The notes: generated from the sequence alone by a model not told the origin. 64,000 bases of DNA from Planctomycetota bacterium (GCA_965223845.1 CBDCXR010000004.1:2144001-2208000); one strand, 5' to 3'. Counted from the stretch's first letter, positions 48,034 through 58,209 are shown. Numbers and translations are program-made.

Positions 48034-49266
48034 TCAGGCGACCGGCCAGCGCCGGCTGATCGTCCCCGCCGAAGAGTCATCGACGAGCGGAACGTACCGC
48101 GGCGCCTCGTAAGGCGAGAGGTCGCGCGTTGCGATGACCTGGACGCGGCGACTGGCGATGCCGTAGACGACTCCGAGAGCGAGGTAGCTCGCGACAAGAC
48201 TCGAGCCGCCGAAGCTCACGAGCGGCAGAGTCAGCCCGGTGATCGGCGTCAACCCCATCGCCATCGCGATGTTTTGGAATGACTGCGCGGCGAACTGAAC
48301 TCCGACCCCGGTCGCGACGAGGCGTCCGAACGGCTCCTTGGTGCGGCTGGCGATTCGGAGGACGACGAACGCGAGAAGAAAGCTCGCGCCCACGGTGAAC
48401 GACGCGCCGACGAAACCGAGCTCCTCGGCGATGACGCTGAAGACAAAATCGGTGTGCCGAGCCGGGAGAAACCCCAGCTTGTTTTGCGTTCCTTGCTGAT
48501 AGCCCTTTCCTTGGAACCCTCCCGAGCCGATCGCGATCTCCGATTGATGGAGCTGGTAGCCGCTGTCGTTCCGCGTCGACTCGTCGCGCCGAACGAAGGA
48601 CTCGAGCCGCTGAAACTGGTACTGGTGGAAGACGGGGAGGCCGAGCGAATAGGCGAGATAGGCAGCGGGAAGCAGCGACAGACCGACGACCACCGCGACG
48701 GCGATGTGCCGGCGGTTCGCCCCCGCGACGAACATCATCCCGAGGAGCACCGGGGGAAACATGAGGCTCGTTCCGAGGTCGGGTTGCCGCAGGACGAGGT
48801 ACATCGGAACCACGGTGAGCACGAACGGCAGGAGAAGTCCGCGCACGGTGTTCTGGTCGCGTCGGTACCGGAGATAGCGCGCCAGGCAGAGTACGAGCGC
48901 GAGCTTCATGAGCTCGCTCGGCTGAACCTGAAACACGTAGAGATTGATCGACCGAAGCAGCGAATCCGAGAGGATAAGCATGACGGAGAGGACGACGATG
49001 AGCCCGCCGTAAGCGGCGTAGGCCCAGCGATCGAAGAGTCGGTAGTCGAATCGCGATACGAAGAAAAACGCGGCGATTCCGAGGATCGCCTTGAGCATTT
49101 GACGGCGCGCCTGCGTCCCCGGGAACGGCGCGTCGCCCCCCGTCGTCGTCGAATGGACGAAGACGACGCCGAGCGCGGTCAAGGTGAGCGCGAGTGCGAC
49201 GAGGACGAAGCGCAGCCCGGGGAGATATCCATTGCCGGAGCGCAGGCTCGTCGAAGGAGCGTTCAT
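48034..49266 (-). CDS. rodA: Rod shape-determining protein RodA (SEDS)
   Basis: QPSELMK, QPDLGT, GYQLHQS..AIGSGG, LPARHTDF.FSVIAEE.G, TGLTLPLVSFGGSS. Confidence 0.93.
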   Translation of the reverse strand: MNAPSTSLRSGNGYLPGLRFVLVALALTLTALGVVFVHSTTTGGDAPFPGTQARRQMLKAILGIAAFFFVSRFDYRLFDRWAYAAYGGLIVVLSVMLILSDSLLRSINLYVFQVQPSELMKLALVLCLARYLRYRRDQNTVRGLLLPFVLTVVPMYLVLRQPDLGTSLMFPPVLLGMMFVAGANRRHIAVAVVVGLSLLPAAYLAYSLGLPVFHQYQFQRLESFVRRDESTRNDSGYQLHQSEIAIGSGGFQGKGYQQGTQNKLGFLPARHTDFVFSVIAEELGFVGASFTVGASFLLAFVVLRIASRTKEPFGRLVATGVGVQFAAQSFQNIAMAMGLTPITGLTLPLVSFGGSSLVASYLALGVVYGIASRRVQVIATRDLSPYEAPRYVPLVDDSSAGTISRRWPVA

Positions 49267-51572
49267 TCGGGGGCGCCCGCAGAGACTTGGAATCGCGCAT
49301 CTCGAGCGGCGAAGTACTCGAGGACACGCGCGATGATCGGCGCCGTGACCTCGCCACCGGAACCCGGCGTATCTTCGACGACGAGCGCAAATGCGATCTC
49401 GGCCGGCGGGTCGTGTCGACCCGACTCGGACGCCGGCGCGAACCCGGCGATCCATGCGTTGTGCCTCGCCTCACGCGAGGAGAGCTGCGCCGTTCCGGTC
49501 TTCGCGGCGACGCGAAACACGCCGCGGAGACCGTAGTGCACCTTCGCCGCCGTGCCCCCGGGGCGCTGCGCGGCGTGCCACATGCCGCGGCGGAGCTCCC
49601 TCTTCGTCGCTCGCGAGAGAGCGAGCTCCGCGGGGGGTCCGGTGGGCTCGACGAGAAACGGGCGGGGGAGCGTTTCCTCGTTCGAAGCGATCGCCGCGAC
49701 GCTGCGGGCCACCTGTAGCGTCGTCGCCGTTACGTGTACGTGGCCGATGCTCAAGTGGCAGACGTCGAGCCCGCGAACCCCATCCGGCGCGGTCAGCAGT
49801 CCGCGGCCGCTCCGCCCGGGTAGATCGACGCCGGTGGGCAGCCCGAACCCGAATGCGCTCGCCAGCTCGTGGATGCGCTCGGCGCCGAGCACGTCGAGAC
49901 CGAGAGCGTAGAAGTAGTTGTTGCACGAAACTCCGATCGCTTCGGTGAGCGTGATCCCGCCGTGGCCGTATTGAGCGTTGCAGCGCCAACGAGTGTCGCG
50001 GAACTTTCCGTCGCAGGGGAGAGTCGTTCCCGGCTCGAAGCCGCCCTCGAGCGCCGCGGCACCGAGAACGAGTTTGAACACGGATCCCGGTACCGCCGCG
50101 TGGCGAGTGGGACGATCCATGCGCCATCCGCTGCGAGGGCCCCAGCGCGCATTCATTTCGTCGACGTAGTCGCGATCGCGGATGCGGCCGGGATCGAAGC
50201 TCGGCACACCGACGGCGGCGAGGATCGCGCCGCTCGCAATGTGGAGCACAACCGCGCTCGCTCGCTTCCCGCCGAACTCGCCCGGTCGCTCGACCGCGGC
50301 CACGAGCTCGCGGTGAAGGAGTCTCTGGAGTTCGAGTTCGATCGTCGTCCGGACGTCCAATCCGTCGATCGCATCCACTTCGTCGACGACTTCCCGAAGC
50401 GCGCCGGAACTCCCCACTCGCGCGAGTCGCACTCCGGGCGCACCGCGGAGTGCGCGATCGTAGGACTCTTCGATGCCTCCCTGCCCCGTCCAGCCTTCCC
50501 GAGACCACAGCTCTGGCTGAGCTCGCGCGAAGGCTTCCGGATCCCGGAGCACGCTTCGATCGAGACTCTGCACCGTGACGGCGCCTCGGTCGCGCTCGGG
50601 ATCATAGCGCCGCAAGTAACCGAGCAGAGAGCCCGAAACATCGGCTTCGGGATACACCCGTTGCGTCTCCGACCGGGTGAGGAGCCCCGCGAACGTCTCG
50701 GGGTGATACTCGATCTCCGTCACGACCGCGAGAGAGACGTCACGGGCGAGCAAGATGCGCTCGGCGTGGAGCCGCGACTGCTGGCGAGATCGCCGGCGGC
50801 GCCACGCGGCGAGCTCTTCGCGGTGCCGCCGCGCGCCTCCGACCCCTCCGACGGCCGGCGGGCTTCCGACCGCGCGAGTCGTCCGACGATCGAAGCGCTC
50901 GCGGATTTCCCTCACCCGCGCCCAAAGTTCGGATTCGACGGACTCGGGCTCTCGTCCGTCCTCGACCGCTATCGAGTCGGCGAGGCGACCGAGCACGCGC
51001 TCCGTCGAGAGGATCGTGTTCGGTTCGAAGTAGAGGTCGAAGAGCTCGCCACTCGCGGGCGACGTCCTCGGACAGAAGCGGAGGAGTCGCCGGAAGCGCG
51101 TGCCTGCGTAGTCACGCCAGCGGCGCTCGATCCGCCGCCGAGTCGAGCGGTCGACCGGGCCGAGCAGCCATTCCCAGTCGGCGTTGCCGCCGCAGTTCGC
51201 CGCTGAGCCCTCCACGGCCGGCGCCGGAGCGCCGAGCGCCAGCTCGACGACGCGTGACTCGATCCGCTCGGCGGTGTACTCGCCGCCGAGCTCTTCGGCC
51301 AAGATCTCGACGAGGACGTCGCGAGGGTAGAGATCTCGATAGTTGCAGTCGACGACGAAACGAGGCGCGTTCCCGGCGAGCACCGCGCCACCGGAAGAGA
51401 GGATGCGGCCTCGCCTCGGCGCGGTGAGGACCACGTGGAAATGCTGCGCCTGCTCGACGGCTTCTCGGTGCCGCGAGGGCACGAGCTGAAGCTGCGCGAG
51501 TCGCAAAAGAACGAGCGCGACCGGGAGCGCGAGCAGACCCGCGAGGAGGCGGACGCGAGAGCGCGGATTCAT
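49263..51572 (-). CDS. mrdA: Class B penicillin-binding protein (PBP2)
   Basis: APRRGRI; PGSVFK (SxxK), SCN, KTGTAQ; directly upstream of rodA. Confidence 0.9.
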   Translation of the reverse strand: MNPRSRVRLLAGLLALPVALVLLRLAQLQLVPSRHREAVEQAQHFHVVLTAPRRGRILSSGGAVLAGNAPRFVVDCNYRDLYPRDVLVEILAEELGGEYTAERIESRVVELALGAPAPAVEGSAANCGGNADWEWLLGPVDRSTRRRIERRWRDYAGTRFRRLLRFCPRTSPASGELFDLYFEPNTILSTERVLGRLADSIAVEDGREPESVESELWARVREIRERFDRRTTRAVGSPPAVGGVGGARRHREELAAWRRRRSRQQSRLHAERILLARDVSLAVVTEIEYHPETFAGLLTRSETQRVYPEADVSGSLLGYLRRYDPERDRGAVTVQSLDRSVLRDPEAFARAQPELWSREGWTGQGGIEESYDRALRGAPGVRLARVGSSGALREVVDEVDAIDGLDVRTTIELELQRLLHRELVAAVERPGEFGGKRASAVVLHIASGAILAAVGVPSFDPGRIRDRDYVDEMNARWGPRSGWRMDRPTRHAAVPGSVFKLVLGAAALEGGFEPGTTLPCDGKFRDTRWRCNAQYGHGGITLTEAIGVSCNNYFYALGLDVLGAERIHELASAFGFGLPTGVDLPGRSGRGLLTAPDGVRGLDVCHLSIGHVHVTATTLQVARSVAAIASNEETLPRPFLVEPTGPPAELALSRATKRELRRGMWHAAQRPGGTAAKVHYGLRGVFRVAAKTGTAQLSSREARHNAWIAGFAPASESGRHDPPAEIAFALVVEDTPGSGGEVTAPIIARVLEYFAARDARFQVSAGAPE

Positions 51573-51618
51573 GGCGCGGCCTCCGTTCGGCGCGAGGCTA
51601 GCCAGCAGCGCCGCTCGG

Positions 51619-52197
51619 TCATTCGAAGGCTCCCCGCAGCGGCGCGCGATGCCGCGAAAACTCGGACGAATTCGTGATCGCCGCGAACACGCCTCCGAAG
51701 GGGCTCGCGGCCTCGCGCGCTACGGCGGCGACGAGACCGCAGTACGCGCAGCTCGCCGCGCCGGCCGCCCAACCCGGGAGCGCGCCTCCTCCCTCGGCGA
51801 CGTAGCGGACGGCGAAGACGATCGCTTGAGCGGCGCTGCCGGTGAGCGCGAGACTCGCGAATCGCCACGTCCCCCCGTCGAGAACGCCGTGCGCGCGAGC
51901 GCGCAGCAGGGCCCAGGCGCCGAGGAGGTACGCGAGCGCGTGGGCGCCGACGGGGTCGAGAGAGAGAGCGTCGAAGGTCCCGCCCGCGATCGCTGCGGCA
52001 GTGACCGCGATCGCCGGCGCGGCGAACGTCGCGAGAACGAGCACCGCTGCGAGCACGAAGTCGGGCGCGACCGCGGTCGCGGCGCCCGGCGAGCCCATCG
52101 GAACGTGGACTTCATAAAAGGGAAGAAGCCCGAGCTGAAAGACGAAGCCGAAGGCGACGACAGCAAACGCGACGGCCGAGCTGCGCATCCGGTTCAT
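51619..52197 (-). CDS. mreD: MreD-like membrane protein
   Basis: Polytopic; PDFVL...G..FDALS..P.G..AL pattern; lies between mreC and mrdA. Confidence 0.7.
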   Translation of the reverse strand: MNRMRSSAVAFAVVAFGFVFQLGLLPFYEVHVPMGSPGAATAVAPDFVLAAVLVLATFAAPAIAVTAAAIAGGTFDALSLDPVGAHALAYLLGAWALLRARAHGVLDGGTWRFASLALTGSAAQAIVFAVRYVAEGGGALPGWAAGAASCAYCGLVAAVAREAASPFGGVFAAITNSSEFSRHRAPLRGAFE

Positions 52198-52345
52198 CCG
52201 CGACGCCCTCCGATCGAACTCCGTCGGACGAGTCGAGAACCGCATGCGCGCCCGGAGGGATCGTCAAGAATTCGCGCGGAAGAGCTCGGCCCGGTGACGC
52301 GCGAGCGGCTCAGTTTCGTTCGAGACGATATTTCGGCTACCCGAG

Positions 52346-53149
52346 TCATCGTGTTCCCGCCCGTCCGATGGATGCCTCCGAGTACGAGCTAGCCATCAAG
52401 TCGGGAGTGAGGACCACCCGACGGAGCGCAGCGAGGTGCGCGTCTGCGCGCACGAGCGGATGCCGCCCCGCGCGCGTCGCGAGCTCGGCGTCTCGGTCGT
52501 CGACGATGGTTCCGATGGGAACGCCGTGGGGGTAGATTCCGCTCCGTCCGTCAACCACGAGGCGTGTTCCCGCCGGGGGTTCGTCGGGTCCCTCGAGGTA
52601 CCGGATCTCGAGAAGCGCGGCTCCCGTCGCGTCGACGAGCCCGGTTCCGGCGAGCAGCCCGGCGCAGCCTTCGCCCGTGAATCGCACACGGAATCCGGGG
52701 TCCGAGAGGAGCTGGATCTGCGCGATCGTGTAGCGCTCCTCCCCGATCGGAGCGTCGAGAAAAGCCGGCGGGAATACGTCGACCACCCGACCGACCAAGG
52801 CGCCATCCGGGGCGAGCGCGGCGACGTCCGAGCCGACGGGACCGCTCGACCGGACTCCGGCGAGGAGCGAACTTCGTCGTGGTGACGGATCGCGCGCGAG
52901 CAGGACGTCAGCTAGGAGCCGCGCATGGCGTTCGTCTCCCGCGCGGGTGCGGAGTGCTTCGAGGTCGGCGTGCGCGGCTTCGAGTCGCGCTGCGAGCTCG
53001 GCCGCGTTCGGCGGCAGAGCTGCGTCCCGGTCGGGCGCGGACGAAACGTGCGGTAGCGCGAGTCGCACCACGCCGAGGAGAGCCGGCGCAGCGAGGAGCG
53101 CGGCCCAGACGATGTGCACGACTCGCGCAGAGCCGGTCGGTCGGCGCAT
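52346..53149 (-). CDS. mreC: Rod shape-determining protein MreC
   Basis: TM plus coiled coil; GALVGRV, LLSDP, SGIYPHGVPIG. Confidence 0.8.
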   Translation of the reverse strand: MRRPTGSARVVHIVWAALLAAPALLGVVRLALPHVSSAPDRDAALPPNAAELAARLEAAHADLEALRTRAGDERHARLLADVLLARDPSPRRSSLLAGVRSSGPVGSDVAALAPDGALVGRVVDVFPPAFLDAPIGEERYTIAQIQLLSDPGFRVRFTGEGCAGLLAGTGLVDATGAALLEIRYLEGPDEPPAGTRLVVDGRSGIYPHGVPIGTIVDDRDAELATRAGRHPLVRADAHLAALRRVVLTPDLMASSYSEASIGRAGTR

Positions 53150-53352
53150 TCCTCAGTTCCTCTCTTCCCTCCACTCGAGCGCCCTTTGTCCGCGGGGCGC
53201 GGAGCCCCCGCAGCGAGCGGGCGACACGCCGGACGCGCACGCGCGAACGAGACGCGCCCGACTAGCGGAGACGTTACCCGAGAGAGCCGCCGCATGCCAG
53301 GTTCTCGCCGGCGCGAGCCCCCTGCGCGAGTGCGGGCGTTCGGCCCCCGAGC

Positions 53353-54405
53353 TCAGACTTCGTCCCGCTCTCCTTCGAGCACGTCGACGAACGAATCGAG
53401 CGCCTCGAGGAATACTCCCGTCCCTCGCGCCACGGTCGTGAGCGGATCCGCGGTCACGCGGACCGGAAGACCCGTCTGCGCCTCGAGGAGGGCATCGAGC
53501 CCCGAGAGGAGCGCCCCGCCGCCGCAAAGATGGATCCCCGTTTCGACGAGATCGCCGGAGAGCTCGGGACCGGTGCGCTGGATCGCGGCTTCGACCGCCT
53601 CGACGATCTGACGGACCGGCTCGGCGATCGCCTCACGAATGTCGCCCGCGCTGACCGTCACCGCGCGCGGCCGTCCGGCGAGCAGATCGCGACCCCGAAT
53701 CACGTCGAATTCGTCATCGCTCCCTGGGTACGCGGCACCGAGGCGCATCTTGAGCGTCTCAGCGGCGTTCGGGCCGATGAGAATGTTGTAGTTGTGCTTT
53801 AGGTACTTCACGATCGCCTCGTCCATCGCGTCGCCCGCGACGGGGAGGTGTTCGGAGATCACGACGTCCGCGAGAGAGAGGATCGACACGTCGGTCGTTC
53901 CCCCGCCGATGTCGACGATCATGTGCGCGCGAGCCTCGTGGATCGGTATCCCGGCGCCGAGCCCCGCTGCGCGCGGCTCCTCGAGCAGGTAGACCCGGCT
54001 CGCGCCCGCTCGAGCCGCGGCATCGAAGAGCGCACGTTTCTCGACCGTGGTCAAGCCGAGGGGCACCGCCATCACGACCCGCGGACTCACCCAGCGACGG
54101 CGCTGAAACACGCGCCGAAGGAAGTTCGCGAGCATCGCCTCGGTCATCTCGAAATCGGCGATCACGCCCGCTCGCACCGGCCGAATCGCATCGATGCTCA
54201 TCGGCGTGCGCCCGAGCATCTCCTTAGCCGTCCGCCCGACCGCGTCACCGCCGAGCAGGACTTCCTGCGTCCCTTTCTTCACCGCGACGACGGTCGGTTC
54301 GTCGAGGACGATCCCCTCGCCCTGAACGCAAACGAGGGTGTTCGCGGTCCCGAGGTCGATCCCGACATCGGGGGAGAAGTAGCGGAAGATCCTCGAGAAG
54401 ACCAT
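53353..54405 (-). CDS. mreB: Rod shape-determining protein MreB
   Basis: IDLGTANT, GVIADF, VDIGGGTT, LCGGGALL, DPLTTVARG. Confidence 0.96.
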   Translation of the reverse strand: MVFSRIFRYFSPDVGIDLGTANTLVCVQGEGIVLDEPTVVAVKKGTQEVLLGGDAVGRTAKEMLGRTPMSIDAIRPVRAGVIADFEMTEAMLANFLRRVFQRRRWVSPRVVMAVPLGLTTVEKRALFDAAARAGASRVYLLEEPRAAGLGAGIPIHEARAHMIVDIGGGTTDVSILSLADVVISEHLPVAGDAMDEAIVKYLKHNYNILIGPNAAETLKMRLGAAYPGSDDEFDVIRGRDLLAGRPRAVTVSAGDIREAIAEPVRQIVEAVEAAIQRTGPELSGDLVETGIHLCGGGALLSGLDALLEAQTGLPVRVTADPLTTVARGTGVFLEALDSFVDVLEGERDEV

Positions 54406-54744
54406 GAGCGGCGGCTTCAAAAAAGTGCGTCGAAGCCCGAGATCCACGCGGGTCGGTCCGAGTTCCGGTGCCCGAACGGGCCGAGCATCGCGTGTGGCGT
54501 CCGAGCTCCTCTGTGGCGACGCCGGGCAACCGACCGCCGTTTCTCTTCGCCTCGCGCCGGATCACTCGCGGCCGCAGCATAGTCCGAGGGCGCGGCGATG
54601 TAAACGGCGCGTCCGACGCGGCGACGAGATGCCGCCCGCGGCAGGGAAGATCATCCAGGCCCCGCCCCGAACAAAAAAACACCGGGGCTCGAGAGGATCG
54701 ACTCGAGCCCCGGTGCGCTTGGTCTTTCGATCGACGACTAAGTC

Positions 54745-55173
54745 TCAGATGTCGTCGTCATCGTCGTCGTCGCCGAGATCATCGTCGTCATCGTCGCCGA
54801 GATCGTCGTCGTCATCATCGTCGTCGTCGCCGAGATCATCGTCATCATCGTCGTCGTCATCGTCGCCGCCGAGATCGTCGTCGTCGTCGTCCGACGCCGC
54901 GGGATCTTCAAGCCCGGCGCCCGGGCTCCCGCTCAGAATCTGTTCGACGTCCGCCTTGAACGCGCGGAGGTCTCTCTGAACGATCGCCGAGGCCGGATCC
55001 TGCTCCGCCGCCTGCGCAGGCGAGAGCCCGGCGCGGTACTCCACCAGCTCCGCCACGCAGAATGCGATCGCGCCGAGAAGCGCAACGCAGCTCACGATCA
55101 GGCTCGCAGTGGCGAGAGGGCTCGCCTCTTTCTTCTCGATGATCTCTTCGGTCGGTCGGTTCGTTTTGGCCAT
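54745..55173 (-). CDS. Single-TM protein with poly-Asp repeat tail
   Basis: TM ASLIVSCVALLGAIAFCV; tail of DDDDDD-LG units. Confidence 0.8.
   Translation of the reverse strand: MAKTNRPTEEIIEKKEASPLATASLIVSCVALLGAIAFCVAELVEYRAGLSPAQAAEQDPASAIVQRDLRAFKADVEQILSGSPGAGLEDPAASDDDDDDLGGDDDDDDDDDDLGDDDDDDDDDLGDDDDDDLGDDDDDDDI
54748..54894. repeat. Low-complexity (tcg/tca)n repeat punctuated by gccgagatc, encoding (Dn-LG)x4
   Basis: Four gccgagatc units separated by TCR triplet runs. Confidence 0.9.
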
Positions 55174-55232
55174 GGTCGATCACCTGGGTGGGAAGGTCTC
55201 GTCGTCTCCGTGCACTTCGCTCGGCGTCGACC

Positions 55233-56081
55233 TTAGTTGATCCGCGTCGAGGCCTGGTCGCCCCGGGCAACCTCCTCGCCGGGCTTCGTGTAGAGGACGC
55301 GCGCGCCGCTCAAACCCGGATACACCCGGAACACTTCGACCTTGCCGACGAACGAGTCACCGCGGTAGACGGTGAAGCTGTGCCCTTCCTCGACGTTGTC
55401 GTCACGCCCCACGGACAGCACAACGAGGTCTTCTTCGGTGTCCACATCGACGATCTGACCCTCGATGAGCGGAACCGCTTCGGGCGCACCGCCAGGGCAG
55501 CGGTCGCGGAGAGCGTTGTACTTGAGGCTGAGCTCTTCGTGATCCTCGTTGAGCTCGTTCATCGCGACGCGGAGAGCGTGGAGTTCCTGCTGCGACTTCT
55601 CGAGGTCGAGCCGAATGCTGTTCGCCGCACTGTTTGCCGACTCGGCACTCGTGAGCGCTTCATCGCGGCTCGTGTTCGCCGCCTGAAGCTGACCGAGGAG
55701 ATCGGAATTGCGCGCTTCCTTCGACTCGAGGAGCTTCGAAGTCTGCGCAACCGCCTCCTGCGCGCTCTGCACCTGCTGCTGCGCACCCTGGAGACGCTTC
55801 TCCTTGTCCGAGTTCTCTTCGCGCAGATTCTTGTTCGTCAGTCCGGTGTTCTCGAGCTCGCTCTTCAGCCGGCTCACGTTCTGCTCGAGACGCGAGTTCT
55901 CGCCAACGACACTGTTATTCTTCTCCTGCAGCTGCGCGAGCTCGGCCCGCGCCTGCGATCGGAAGTCCTCGTGAGCGAGGCGCCAATTCTGGCGCGCGAG
56001 GTAAAGCGTCGCCGACGCGCCGAAGAAAAACACGGTGAGCACGAGGTTGAAGACGACGAAGAACTTGGCAAGCGCACTCAT
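55233..56081 (-). CDS. Membrane-anchored coiled-coil protein with C-terminal beta domain
   Basis: N-terminal TM KFFVVFNLVL; long heptads; VLSVGRDD.V..G..F.VYRG..FVG motif. Confidence 0.85.
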   Translation of the reverse strand: MSALAKFFVVFNLVLTVFFFGASATLYLARQNWRLAHEDFRSQARAELAQLQEKNNSVVGENSRLEQNVSRLKSELENTGLTNKNLREENSDKEKRLQGAQQQVQSAQEAVAQTSKLLESKEARNSDLLGQLQAANTSRDEALTSAESANSAANSIRLDLEKSQQELHALRVAMNELNEDHEELSLKYNALRDRCPGGAPEAVPLIEGQIVDVDTEEDLVVLSVGRDDNVEEGHSFTVYRGDSFVGKVEVFRVYPGLSGARVLYTKPGEEVARGDQASTRIN

Positions 56082-56596
56082 GATACGTTGATCCTCCCTG
56101 AGGCGGGACGTCCGCCCGTTGCGTTCATTTCTTCTCTGAGAGTTCGCGTGTCGAGTCCGGCGCGAGCGAAAGACGCCGACACGCAGAAAGTGTCAGACTG
56201 GATTTGCAGCCGATGAGAATTCAGGGGCAAGCAGAAAACGAAGATATCAGGTGGGGGGCTTCGGCAGCTCGAGGCACGGAAGGGGAGCCGTTACGGCCCG
56301 GAAGAATCGCCCGAACTCGCGAAGTAGATTGCGAAGAGACTCGGCGGAACTCGCAGCGGTCGCAAAACGCGAATCGCGCGGCGACGGTACGCTCTCGCGA
56401 GCCCAAGACCCAATCGCCCGCCGCGGCGCTGAACCGGCGTCGAAGACCCGCGCCTCGAACCCGAGCCAAATGAACTCAACTCGAGTCGCCAGCACCTTTT
56501 GGCAGACTTAGCCAGTTTTACGGAACCAGGCCTCAAAAAGCAACCCTCAAAAGAGTCCACGACGCACCTCCACGGTGCGCACCTGAGGCCGCTCGT

Positions 56597-57868
56597 TCAT
56601 GCCTTGTTTGGGCGATGGGACGTGAGATCGCGTCCGACCCAGATCGCCCGCGAGAATTCAGCGCCGGTCGGGGGCGTGAGGATCCAGCCCGACTCCCCGA
56701 CCGTCGGGCGATTCCAATCGGATTCCGCGATGTCGATCGCGACCGGGCCCCGATCCTCGATTCGTCCCGGCGCGATCGCCCAGCTCGCCCCCGCTGGACT
56801 GGATTCGTCCCCGGTCGCGTGGGCGGCTTCGCCCGAACGAACGCGCTTCGACCAGTCCCAGGCGCGCGACTCGACCCCACGGCGCGCCGCGAGCGCCGGG
56901 ACGACGAGGCAGTCGAAGAGCGCACTCGCGGCCAGAGGGAGGCCGGGTAGGCAGAGGACGTCGAGCCCGCGCGTCTTCGCGTAGACGAACCCCAAGCGAC
57001 GAACGACGTCGACCCCGGAAAAGTAGATCCGCGCGCCTAACCGGCGCAGCGACTCGACGACGCGGTCCTCGACTCCCGTTCCGACGCCTCCCGAGAGTAC
57101 GACCGAGTCGACGCCCCGCCGCGAGCAAGCGAGAAGCACTTCGCCCAGCCGGGCGGGTGAATCGGAAACGATTCCGAGCGGCACGACGGACTCCCCGCCG
57201 GCGGCGAGCGCGTCGCCGAGCCAGTACCCGGTGACGTCGCCGCGGACGGAGCTCGACGCCGCGGCGAGGTCGGTCAACTCGTCACCGACGCTCCCGAACG
57301 CTACCCTTCCCGCCCGCCGGACGGCGACCTCGGCGACCGGGGTCGCGACGAGCAGCGCGCGGAGGCGCGGCGTGACTGGAGCCCCTTCGGGCCACTCGAG
57401 GGCGTCGCCGGACTCGCCGCCTGCGGCGCGGATGCCGAATCCGGGCGGAGGGACGGACTGAAGCCGGACGCGCGCGAGACCCGAGAGTTCGGCCGACTCG
57501 ACCGGCACGATCCGGTCGGAGTCGAGGGGAACTCGCGCCCCCGTTTCGACGCGCCACACGCCGGACGGCGAGGGTGAACGAGCGTTCTCGTCGAGGTCTT
57601 CCCCGTCCGGCCCAAGGCGCGCGCCCGCGGCGGTGATGACGCCGAGGAGCGGTCGCTCGTCGCCGGAAGTCGCCTCCGGGCCGACGGAGTATCCGTTGAG
57701 CGCCGCGTACGCCGATGGCGCCGCCCGACGTGGGATCACCACCGCGCGAGCGAGGTGTGCGCCGGCAGCATCCGCCGGCGCACAAGACTCAACGGGCCGG
57801 CGACTTATCGCATCGGCGAGCGCCGCGAGCGCACGCGGAGGATCGAGAGTTCGCGCGGTGATCGTCAT
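56597..57868 (-). CDS. moeA: MoeA/gephyrin-E-like protein, degenerate
   Basis: TGARVP.D, GDEL, SGGVG.G..D, LPG.P motifs present but several are altered. Confidence 0.7.
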   Translation of the reverse strand: MTITARTLDPPRALAALADAISRRPVESCAPADAAGAHLARAVVIPRRAAPSAYAALNGYSVGPEATSGDERPLLGVITAAGARLGPDGEDLDENARSPSPSGVWRVETGARVPLDSDRIVPVESAELSGLARVRLQSVPPPGFGIRAAGGESGDALEWPEGAPVTPRLRALLVATPVAEVAVRRAGRVAFGSVGDELTDLAAASSSVRGDVTGYWLGDALAAGGESVVPLGIVSDSPARLGEVLLACSRRGVDSVVLSGGVGTGVEDRVVESLRRLGARIYFSGVDVVRRLGFVYAKTRGLDVLCLPGLPLAASALFDCLVVPALAARRGVESRAWDWSKRVRSGEAAHATGDESSPAGASWAIAPGRIEDRGPVAIDIAESDWNRPTVGESGWILTPPTGAEFSRAIWVGRDLTSHRPNKA

Positions 57869-57928
57869 GAGTTCGTGGTCGCTCGAAGAATCGACGGCCG
57901 GCGTGGGGAATCGGACACGCTGCCGAGC

Positions 57929-57958
57929 TTGACACTCTCCCGCTCGATCCCGTACGGT
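57929..57958 (+). promoter_or_regulatory. sigma70-type promoter upstream of the CBS-ribE unit
   Basis: TTGACA-18 bp-TACGGT. Confidence 0.55.
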
Positions 57959-58209
57959 GCAAGAGGTCCATTTTCGAACGCATCTCGGCGGAATCTGGGT
58001 CGGAGTCTGCGGCTGAGCGGCCCCCCGACCCGGCTGAAACACGCGGATGCGGCCGACCAACGGTCGAGGCAGGCTTCGAAACGATCCTCTCGAACACCTA
58101 CTCTTGAGGCTTCGCTCCGGTTCCCCGGCCCCGATCCGGTCAAATCGCTCGCGACGGGTTCGTCCGGGCGTTCGCGGGGTGGTTGTTTCGGAGAGGGAGG
58201 AGGTCAGTG

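Noticed and set aside
54748-54894. CRISPR array
   Set aside because: The repeats are short in-frame codon repeats with low-complexity spacers, and there are no cas genes.
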